DNA from: Phallusia mammillata | Lineage: Eukaryota | Direction: 5' to 3' | Length of the DNA stretch: 64,000 bases | NCBI GenBank assembly: GCA_965637545.1 | Contig: OZ281499.1 | Coordinates: 15,624,001-15,688,000 of the forward strand | Shown here: piece after piece, positions 12,001 through 24,000 of the stretch | Layout of the letters: the number at the start of each line of letters is the position of its first letter | How positions within the stretch are numbered: position 1 is the first letter of the stretch | Made by a program: the position numbers and the translations under genes | Notes under the pieces: model-generated | Seen by the model: only the letters and a program-made list of their open reading frames with translations | Databases searched by the model: none | Told to the model about the DNA's origin: nothing

Positions 12001-15000
12001 ACAAATCTGTTTATCAGTTCATTTGAGTTCAGTTTTATTATACTTTTTTGCCAATTGTATACGGGACCTCATTGTAATAGATTTTGCATTAGCCTACAGT
12101 TGTTCCCAACCAGGGAGTAATTCTAAGCAAGGGAAGAATTTTAAAACCTGAGGTAAAGAATTTACTTCAAATTTTACATGTGGTTTGTAAATAGACACTT
12201 TAGCTTTGGAAATATAACCTGTAAAGTTGGTAAAAGACCCAATTTTAATGGACATTTGTATGGTTTAGTATTTACTTTGTAGTCTATTGGGGAGGAATGA
12301 GAAAGTTTTGAGTTGTTAAGTGAGGAATTCACCGAAAAAGGTTGAGAACCACTGGCCTAGTAAAACAAGGTTGTACCTGGACGATTGGCCGAGGAATTGG
12401 CACTTGGAAGTCTGTTTTCGGGTCTTGGTGGGTTTCTGGAAATGGGTTGACCCGGTCCGTGGCCCAAATCTCCAAACTCGGCGAAATTTGGGTGCAAAGT
12501 TGGGTGTACAAGTCCCTGCAGAAAAACGATACATTAGAAGTCATGTCAAGACATGATGCCCGGTACTTCTACATCATAGATTAGCCGTTTATGCTTCTGC
12601 ATCTTTGAGTTGGCTTTTTTATGCTTCTACATTTTAGAATTTTTACATTTTAATATTTTTCAAATACTTTACATAAAATTGTGAAAGGATGAAAAAAAGG
12701 AAATTTACTGTGCACCACAACAACAGTTTTTAGCAAGTCAATGTTTTACCTGAGGTAGATCGGTTGGTAACGAGTCGTCGGTTTTGCTTCGTTTTGACTC
12801 GCTTGGTGCAAGTTCATCAACGTCCTGCAAAAAATATGTAAAGTTTTTAAAAACGAAATCTCAGCAGGCAATTTAATACAAAACAAGAAAAAAAGTAGCA
12901 AATCAGAAAAAAAAACAAATTCAATAATTTTAAAGCAACAGCACAACAGTTCAAATCGTATTTTGATCCGTTACAACACGGAAATCTGTTGCAACAAACG
13001 CGAGAACCGCTGGAAACAGAACCTTGTAGTGTCGGTTGTTATGGCAACAACAAGAGAAAGTCAACTACCCTGCGCTGCAAATGTGCGTCGTTCGACCTTT
13101 TCACCTTCGTAGTTAATATTTGACAAGAACACATTTGGAAACAGGATGATTTTGAAAGCACGCATTATGTTATTTGTTGCACACAATACTTTTGATGTAA
13201 GTTGAACAACTGTAATTGTTATGGCAGTGTAAAATGCATTTTTGGTAACATTTGACATACATTCTGAAAAATTCGGTTGTTTGTTTTGCTTAATTTAAAC
13301 TCATTCACGGCGATTTACTGCACTAATCTCGTTGAAAAAGCCGCCTCGCCTTAATCGTGCAAAGTCGTTTCTATAAGCATTTCCACCAAAAAACAATACA
13401 TAGAAATAAACAAAATTGCAAGATTAGTTCAGCTTTAAATTAGAGTAAATCGCACTTAATGTTCTGTATGTAAGCATTTACAGTAGAAGCTACATTATTG
13501 TTCAAATTACACAGGGTTGTTACAGGTTTAGCGTACGCAAATACCAGGTACTACTAGTAACCGACACAGCTGCCGCCCGCTGATAATCGATGACGGGTGT
13601 CACGTGAGCCGCTTCAACACGACTGACGTAGGAAACCGAACAAAGGGTACGCTCCGTTAGCTGTGCTTGAATTGTGCGCTTTGACTGGGCGTTCCCATGC
13701 AAACTTCAACGGACCTTGTGTAACACGAGGGCTCCATAACAAAGCCACGCCACGAAGTGAGCACTTTCAGTTACCAATGTTGAATTTGGTTTTAGTGGGA
13801 TTTTATGAAAATAGTTAAGGTAGGAAATTAGTATGTTTTTTTTATTTCTGAGGTTAAAGTTCAACCTTAAAATGTGATGTGAGTTTGTAATTAGTTCTTA
13901 CACTTATTTCAAACTTGTCATTTTAATTTTTTTTACAGAACTTTCAGTTTCAGTATTTTTGTAAAAAGAAATCTTAAATTTACATTGCGCATGAGTAAAT
14001 TTTTAATTTGCATGTATTTACTGAAATTATATTTTATGATTTACTATTTATTGTTTCTATGGAGCGGACGGTTATAAGACCTCCACAGCTGATTACAACT
14101 AATCAGTAATTACAACCATCGAAGGGGATTTTTTTCTGCGACGCCATTCTCTTTAGTCCACATAAACAAATTTAAAATGAAATACTATACGCGTTTGTGA
14201 GACAAATAAAATCATGTAATTTTTAAATACCGGGTAAAAATAGCATTAAAAATTGTATTTGTTTAAATTTTGATCATTTTAAATGTTTTCATTTTTGTTT
14301 TCAAATATCTGTTTTTATGTAACTTAACAAGTGGATACATTTAGCATTTAGGCAATAAACTTTTTGCATAAATACTCATAACAAAAGATAGACACAATAT
14401 CACAAAGAAGTAAAGAACCAACTATCTGCAAAATTCAAACAAACAAAAAACTATAAAAGTAATGTCATTAAATAATTTTCAAAAACCTACCTGACATTAC
14501 AACAAATTAACAAAGTAAAATAATCTCAAGAAGTCTTTGAGGCACATTTGAACAAATAAATTTGATATGCTGCATCAAACAAAAGCCTGACTGTCGCTGA
14601 GTTGGGTACAAAGCATAAGCAAACTAAACAAATATATAAAAACCTAAAGAAAAGTCCACACCTTTAAAAAAATGTCACATTACTCATAAGGGTAAATGTT
14701 TTATAAACACACACCACCTTTTAGCGACCAACATGTATCTGACAACAAGTGCGAGCAACTCATGTATGTCTGACTGTTCATGAAGCTCAGTGACTGGTAA
14801 AAAAAATCAGTGACTGGTAAAAAGCATAGCAAGTAATGTTTTAAAGCCGCGAAGTGTGTTGTGCAGCTTAGCGTCAGTACTATGCATTTGGCAGGATATC
14901 CTTCTGGCAACACACATCCACTAAGCGCAACAACAGTGCACGGCAAGCTGGTTTGTTCATGCAAACGCGTTCTTCTTCTACTAGCATGACTGCCCGTACT

Positions 15001-18000
15001 TAGCATGTATATTGCAACAATCGATGCACGGTCCGCGCACAGCATTAACTCTACACTTGTACTGCATATAGGACAATATTTCCATTTGCCATAGAACTGG
15101 TTTTGATAATCCCAGCAAACTGCGTTCAACAAAAAACTAGCCTAGGGCTATGACTACAACGTACAAACTCTATAAGCTAAGGCTAGTACTGAGAGCGCAC
15201 GCACACAAAAAAGTCTCGTTATTCAAGCCCCTTTACCGTTTCGGCTAACAGCATACACCGGGAAACTAAACCGCAGATGCGAACGAGGCATCTGTCCTAT
15301 GGCGACATACAATCGATAGCCTCTACTCCCAGGAAGTGAAACGAGAGAGCTATACGCGAAGAAGGACGTTGCTGAGCGTCATGCACGTACAGTTACGAGG
15401 GAGAACTCGTTTTTGTGTTCGTTGGAGTATTACGACAGGTCTGTGTTCAAACAGGCGTATCAACCATGCCAAGTTACAATGGGTTGGTGTTGGTGTAGCG
15501 TAACGGTTCTCGGCCCTGCCAAGTATTTGAACAACGTCCGAATAACGCTTCGATTTGTTTGCGTGACCCACATAATGTCATGGTTTTTGTTACCGCTCTT
15601 GTTAGTGTTACTGAATAAATACAGGTACATCGGATGTTTCGATACATTTGACATACACTGCGACAAAAATTACATCGACATAATAATATTAGAAAACATA
15701 AGGTAATTTAAGGGCTCAAAATTATTTTTAATTCGTGAAAAAAATATTGACTTTTTGCGTATCGATAACAAAGAAAGCTACACTTTTAATATCGATTGCC
15801 AGTACACAAATATCTTATCTCCCAAGACGAATAAATACCAAGTTGACATGCGTCTAATTAATCGACTCTATGGCGCCACCTCGCGGTTAAAGAAACACAG
15901 TCAATGCTGCCACTATATCGCGACTGAGATATAAATATCACTACGCTTAACTTTTCCAAGGAAGTAATTAATTGATTTAATATCCCGCGTACACAAAACA
16001 TCACGGACTAATGGGAAAACACCATTAGCTATTTCTATGTTACTCATAACGCTAATTTGCATGCAATATTTCCTACTATAGACCCGAAGCAAAAATAAAA
16101 AGGCGTAGAAATAGCATGTCAGACTTGGCGACGCAAAATAATACATTGCGTGACATTGCAATATTAACATGTACTTTAGAGATGACCTATTTTGACAAGA
16201 GAAACTTGAAGCTGGGAATTTTAAATTTAACTCTCGTTATGACCATCAACTGGGATTAAGGGCACTATAGGTCAAACACTTTGACATGACTTAACCCCAT
16301 CGGCAAATATTTGCAACGGGTGAACCATAACCGAGGTTAGGGCACTATTATCTAAATCAACATGATATCTTGTCAGATAGCTTGATAACCGAAAAAAAAT
16401 ACAAAAAATGCATTTAACGAGGTTTTGATCTAATTTTACACTCAAAAATTTAAATTATGTTTTTTTTAAGGTAGACTAAAAACAGGCCGATATATAACAG
16501 GGAAGTTTCAACTGCCCAAAATGTATTAGCCTACTAAAAAAGACCCTTCTTGATTTTTGAAATAAAACGTAATTCTATTGAATTATTCTATTCGAATAAG
16601 GTTTAGTGGAAGTGTTTTCCTTACTCAAGCCACTATTTATCACAATAAAACCCCTCTATTATGAAAACACATAAGTTACAACTGTCACAAGCGCCGTTGC
16701 CTAAACTCGTAAAATATCCAACACGGTCAAAAAAACTCAAAAATCTCGTATTGCGTAATTGACAGACGGGCAAGGAATTATCTTGATGCAGTGTCTTTCT
16801 AATCCGTATACAAATCGGCGCTTTTCGTGCCTCGTACAGTCCATGGCAATGTGTTTGCATTTACAACGCCCGGCTGTGTGCATGTTTAGACGTTGAACGC
16901 CGAAATTAGATTGAGGCCGTAAACAGTGGGCAAAAATTACAGCGTTAAGCCATATTCCTTTGTACATGAGTGTTGATGTGACAGATAAGAGATGCGGGTA
17001 CTGAAGAACGCCTATTAAAGCAATTCGACAATGCGTGGGGTTTTGCTAGTACAGGGTACATACAGGCAATTAAAAAACAATTAAAAACAACCAATATTGT
17101 AGGTAAAAATGTGGTTATTTTTTAACCTAAACTTTAAACACTTATAGTTTTGTCGAAACTTAACAGTACCAAATGACTACGTTTGTGGCACCTTACTGGC
17201 AAATTTATTTGTAACAACAAACCAATGTATATATTGACAACAAAATTGACATAACGTAGCTAAAAAAGTGGTAATTTTGTCAACTAAATCCCAACACTTG
17301 AATTTGTCGAAACCACAGTGCTAAATGGCTACGTATATGGTACCTTTTTGTTTGTAGCAACAAAATATATATATATTTACGTTGGAAGACAAAATTGCCA
17401 TATTGTACTTTTTATAAACTAAATTTCAAACACTTAGTTTTGTCGAAAACAAACAGCACTAAAAGAACTACCATAAATAAGCCGTTTATCACTGCGTTTT
17501 TGAGTGTATTTTATCGCCTTTATTGCTTTATAACAACTTCGTGTTTTAATTTATGTCATTACCCAGATGTATGGGACGTCGAAACGTCGGCTTATTATAA
17601 CAAAAAACTGCTGTAAGAGCTACATATGCACCTTTTTAGGCAAATTCATTTATAACAAAGCAAGCACGTCCTATCTATGCATTTACAAAACTTTTAAAGA
17701 CCGTTGGAGTTTAGCATTAAGTTCGTGTTTTTGTTTGTGAATTCGACCGAGAGCTTTTTGCATACAGTGGTTTTGCATGAAGTTTATAACTCCACATGCA
17801 GCGAGACGACGCTACGCAGAATAACATGCTTAATTTGAGACAATCATTTGCGTACAGACTCTTAATTGCCGAAAAAGCGTTCCAAGATTTCACCAACAAG
17901 ATTCGAGCTATGCTGTAGTCCTAAACAGGATAAACAATGCAAAAATATGGTACTAATAATAGATACTGTGTTTGGACGTGATTTGTGCACAAAACAACGA

Positions 18001-21000
18001 GTAGCATAAAAGTTACAGACAGATTGAAAAAAAAATAGGATTCAAGCTATACTGTAGTCCCTACCTGGCTAAACCATACACAAATATAATACTATTAATA
18101 GATATAGTTTCAGGGCGTGAATGTGTACGAAAATTTTTGGTGACTGATTAAAAATCCCTTGACTTTCAAATGGAAGTGACAGACTAGTTTAATTTCCGCT
18201 GGCCTGATGTAAGCCCAATACCATGTGGTTTTCTTGGAAAAACAACGCAAAATTGCCCGGGTCAAGTTGTAGTTAAGTTTGTTTTCAAAGTGTGCTTTGA
18301 AAGCCGCTTGCCTATCAATCATATCAGGTTACGTCAGAAAGGTAATGACTTACGTTTTGTTTTGACCTCCAAATAGAACTGAGCGCGGTAATTGACATGA
18401 GTGTTTGTTGTGTAAATATAAAAACGCGCCTTGAGCCAAATGCGCTGTCACAATTAAGGAAAAACAAAATCGGTCCGCAAACGGCCGTTTAGGATCGAAA
18501 GTCCTTGTCGAATATAAACCACAAACACCTACCTTTCGTTTTTCTTGCTTCGGAGCGGGTTCCGCTGATGGGATGTAAGGGGTTGTTCCAGGCTGTTGAC
18601 AAAAACACAAACAGTTAATTAGTTGCAAAACTATATGCGCCCAATATGAAGATTTGACATGATGACCAAGGCGAGTTGAACAGCTCTTTAATCGTATGTG
18701 GTCAAGCAGGGCATATAAATTAAGAATAAAAACACATACAGTTACTTAGTTCCAACATTGTATGCGACCAAACACCATTAACGAGCCACACGAAGATATA
18801 TGTTTCGATTTGACATGATGAAACCTTACCAAGGCAATTTGAACACCACTTTTACCGTATGTGGTCGCGCAGGCCATTAAAAATTAATATGTGCCTCATA
18901 AAACTGACTCACGATGGTCGATTTTTAAATAATTACTGCAATGGGATTAGCCCAATACAGGAGCCTGTGATCAGTATTTGCGGGCAATGGGAGTTTTAAG
19001 AATCGATAGATATTTCGTTGAAATATTTATGACAGATGAAAGCAGAAATTTGCGTTTGTAAGGAGCGCTGAATTTATTAGGTACTTTATTGCACTGACAA
19101 TGCTTCAACGCCTCATACCTCTACACCTCATTGTTTTGGTAAAAGTTAGTCCCAAAGTATTTTTACAATAGTTAAAACACAAAAGTACGTATGGCCTGTT
19201 TTGCGGATCAATGCGTTTTTGTAAACCAGCTTAAAAAATGCGAAGTCAAAATCGTAAAATGGCTGATACATTGAAAATTCTGTATTTAGCATTTAGCCTA
19301 CTTCAACACTTTGTAAAAGCGGTGGGTATTGTTAAAAGTTTCTTTTGCAAGTCTACCACAAAGAGCTGGGAAGCCAACTGTAACGTTAAAAAGGGTCCAA
19401 TCAAGTCATTTTGGGAGGCAACAATAAAAGTGCAAAGTCACGCTGAGTCAAGTTTCCCGTTACGTTGATACAACAGCAATAAAAATGCAAAAGTGACATA
19501 TTTTGTTGAAAGATGAGTACTTTAGTATTTAAAAGCATACAAGATTTATGGAACCTAAAAAATGCCATTTTCAAAGTCTTAGAACCACCAGACTGGTTTC
19601 AAAAGGTCAACGGTTTTGAAGGCCGGATGCCTAAAATATCGCTCTTTCGCAAGTATAATCTCCTCTTGATCGAAAAAAAGGTGGTGGTTTGCCTAATTTA
19701 CATTTTAGTCTGCAATGCAACGGCAAGATAGGATCTCGCGGCATGATAACAAAGTCAACAGCAAGTCACATACGCCTGATGCCACAGTTGTACACAATTT
19801 TGCGGTGAAATTAGGTTGTGTAAGTTTATTTGACGAAAAAATGGTAAAATTTCATGAGAAAAAATCTCAGCACACACAAGGCGCTGACTGGTTTAATTAA
19901 AAATCTCTAACCCGCCGGCCATTATGCCTTTTGTGTGCTCGCGTGTCAATCACACCCAGAGTGAATGGAAAGGTAAACAGTCATCTCGAAAGGCTGAATA
20001 GAAGACTTGCTCTCATTTGAATCAACGTTATTCGCCCGTAGCGCAATAAATAACGGACAAATGTTACAATTACAAAACTGGCAAACGGTGTTTAAACACC
20101 AAAGAGGGAACTAAGCGAAACGACTGGGCTCAGGGCGTGGTCAAAACGGCCTGATGCAGACATTTTATGTGTCCCAAAATCATATATGCTGTATAAACAC
20201 AGGAAAATCAAACAAATACATATTAAGGCTACTACATTTTACAAATACACATAGAAAATGTTTAACATGGGCAACAAAAACATTTATTGTTTACTGATAC
20301 ACGTTGTTTTAAAAGGAGAATATTTCGGGGTTTAAGGGGTAAAAATGGGTAAATTCTGTTAAAAGTTAGACAATTCTTTAGAAAACCTCACATTGCACCA
20401 ACCAACAGAGCACATAACTCCTAGATGATGTACTTTAGTCAGTACAGCCGTTTTCAAATTTTTACGTTTTGGGGGCCTGCGGGTGAACTGCTGGGTCATT
20501 CGGGGTCAAACTCCAGGAGGATCAAATTTGGATTAATATGTAACATCAGTCCAAATTTTAATAAATTTGGAGCACCCTTTCTTGACCAAACGCGTTTAAC
20601 AAACTAGCGTTAGACAGAAAAAAGAAAAAAAGAAAAAAAAAATACGGACAAAAACAATATGCGTCCCCTTCATAGAAGGGGACCCATAAATACACATAGA
20701 AAATGTTTAACATAGGCAACAAAAACATTTATTGTTTACTGATACACGTTGTTTTAAAAGGAGAAAATTGAACCTTTTCGAAAACAAAACATGTTAACGC
20801 CGTAAATGAATGCAAGATACCGAAGTAAAATGACCGCATTTCAGTTCAAAACACGAAACTTAAATCAAAATGTTAACGGCTAGTCACAGTTTAAGATTGC
20901 CTGCCTAGATATACCGTAATCGTCACGTTTATTCGAGAATTCGAAATTGCCCGTGTAACGTACGATTTCAAAGAACCGCCCAAATCAACGTTTTCATCAA

Positions 21001-24000
21001 CACACAAAAGTACAAACAAAATTGGCAGAAAGGGTGTAAGAGTTTGTCCGCAAATGATTCAGATTCAGACCCTATACTATCAACAGACAACAGCACAAAC
21101 GATACAAAAGTCGGCTTGGATTCGTTACACTTTCAAATTGCGAATGAAGCGAGAAGCCCAGTAACCCGAAACGGGCCCACCTGAGAAAAATTCAAAGGCC
21201 CATTATACAGTGACAGATCGGTTTTTAGTTACAATGGGTCTCGTGGCAATGTGAAATACATGTTCGGTCGCAAACCAGAAAGTGTCTGAAAGTTTCAGAG
21301 CCGGTCAGACACGGCTTGTCCGGTCTACAGGGAAACAAAAACATGGCTTTGGTCTATGTACCTCGCAATTGAGGCGTGTAATTAAAACAACCGCATTCGG
21401 TATGCCTCAACTCCCGGGGCGCATTAATAACACGCTTTTACTGATTCGTAACATCGATACCTTGTCAATTTGACCACAAAAAAGTAAAGGAAATCGCTTG
21501 TCATTTTTATCGATTTTGATATAGTTGACGTTTTTTACCCTTGACATGCTCCCAGTAAGCATCATAGCTATTTCGCAATGGCATATTTAAACTACATACT
21601 GTGACCTAGTAGGAGAAATTAGAACATGCAAGGACTAATTGCAGGCGTTCCCAAGGGGTAACAACAGCCACTGTGATTTAAATCCAGCGGCCTGTTATCA
21701 AGTTCAGGCATTGTGCATTCGAATACGTTAGCGACCTATATATGCTGCGACCAAACCAAAAAGGCCGCAATGATAGCATCTATATCAGATGACCGAAATC
21801 TTGCAAACGAGTGACACATGATACCAGTCTTGTTAAATGACTGCAGCATCGCTAAAAAGAAGTTTCTAGAAATCTCACCAGGGGCGCTGCATTAGACCTG
21901 ATTAACGGGTCAATTCCATATCGCTAGAATATACTTGAAATGTTATAACTTATATTTTTTTGGTGGACATGTAGACGTCAAATCATTATTTTACCCAATG
22001 TTTTGCCACATCGATATTTCAACTAAATTAAAACAACACTTTAGTCTTGTCTGATTAATTGAACATTGCACAGTTTTTTAATCGCTACATAGATTTTAAA
22101 TACCAAAAGTATTATTTTCCAACAGTTAAGATAATGATTCCTACCATTATTTTATATTCAAACCGCATTAATTGGTCCATTTTGGTCGTTACATGGATAA
22201 AAACATTAGTAAGGTAAACTTTACATAAGAACAAGTCAATTATGCTAACGGCTGTTTTTCCAGGGCGTGGAGCAAGGCACTACTATGATGGATTTTTTTA
22301 CAATACAACTTCAACGCTCGAAAGTCCAGTGTACACAAACCAATTCGCCACAAAACAATACATCACTGCGGTTGGAATTACACATACGCACACTTACACA
22401 CATACACATTCACGCAAACTCGCCACAACAGCATGGGCAGATAAATTAATCATGAAGGCTGCACGACTGGGTGAGTGGCTGATGAGAGAACCATTGAAAT
22501 AAGGCTCTATTTACACAAAATAAATTTCCTGTTGTTCGCTGACACAAATTTCAATTGGACCGAGTGGCTTGGAGTGTTGTTTGCACGGCTCTATCTCTCA
22601 GGAGGAGCGCCCTTTCTCGTTTTCCTCCCACTCCTCCCAACATTCACAAGCAAGGAGCCAACGATTCGGCGTTCCAAAACGATTTATCATTACAGTATTG
22701 TTTTTTCAAAGGGATAAATATGGGCTTTTATGTCGAAGTGGCGCGCTCATAGCCCACTTAAAGAACATTTTCCCAGTCTTAATTTGAAACCGCGTTTATT
22801 CGATGTAAGGGCATGCACACCAAAACCGGTAGGACACATTTCTTGGTCTTGTACTACGCCACTTTCGCAAGAACTTAAGTAAATCTGCTGTTGTACAAAA
22901 TTTTAAAAAATTACCTAAAATAAAATCCTAAACTACTGCGTACTGAGGTTACCCCAAATCCCAAAGTCCACCCGCAAGTGAAATGTTAATTTGGGTAATA
23001 ATTAAACTGCAAGCATAATTCAATGTCCAAAAACTGTTGTCATGGCACGAAAAAAGGCGTCACATCTCCATTTTCAACAGCTAAACGCGACGCGTGCTGA
23101 GCATGGCGCGTACGGCGGTAATTAATTGAAATGTACGCAGAATAATCACGCGGCCTAGCACTTAATTGTGGCCCAAATTGTAAGGTTGGTTTTTGTATTG
23201 ACCACAACCAGCTCGTGGCAGGGCCATCAAAGTCACCACAAAATTGTGTGGCCTGTGAAAATGGCCGAGGAACTTATTCATCACTGATGCCGCGTGCCAC
23301 TTTCAACGAATTTTAATTGCTGGACATTTTAACGACGGCGCTATTTTTACCGACAACCTAGTAATATTACGCATGATAACAGGTCGGTCAAGGGAAATTT
23401 TTGTCCATTTCAAGCTGGTTTTACTAGACGTTCATCTATATCCAGACACGGAAATGAAAAGCGAGTGTATGTGGTGCGTTCAGGTAATATTAACACACAA
23501 TTGATCAAACTGATCGTGCCTTCGGGCAATAGACACATTCACAATATAACCAACATAAACTAATTCCAATATGAATTGTGTTTACACGCAAATAAAGCGG
23601 TCCACTTGCATAAACTTATCACCTTGTTTCCGCGAAAACGTAATCGGCTTGCAAGAAAGGGGGTCCAGTCGGTAATTAATTAACGTAAAATGGAAACAGC
23701 AGCTATCCTATATGCTCAAACATGCGTTGTAAAGGCGAGAAAAGCCAAGTAACATTAAGTGTTGAAATTCTATCCCTCGCTGAAGTGAATGTGGTAATGT
23801 TGGCAAAAGAGACAAAGCAAACAACACAACATGCTCTAAGTGGCCGTGAGAAAGCAGACCGATTCGACTGTTTTTGGTGCAACAACACTGTTTTTCCATA
23901 AAAGCTAATGGGGTCAAATAGGGTACTCGACGTGAATGGGCTACTTCAACTGAATCGTGGTGTATTAGAGCTACACTGGCGCCCCACAAAGCGAAAGATA

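Noticed and set aside
13061-13263. Acceptor plus 65-aa ORF upstream of TET exon 6
   Set aside because: Stops in all three frames before a usable donor; not needed for phase continuity. It could only be non-coding.
21874-21890. CACCAGGGGCGC CTCF-like word (and a weaker one at about 30405)
   Set aside because: Spacing or key positions do not fit the core consensus.
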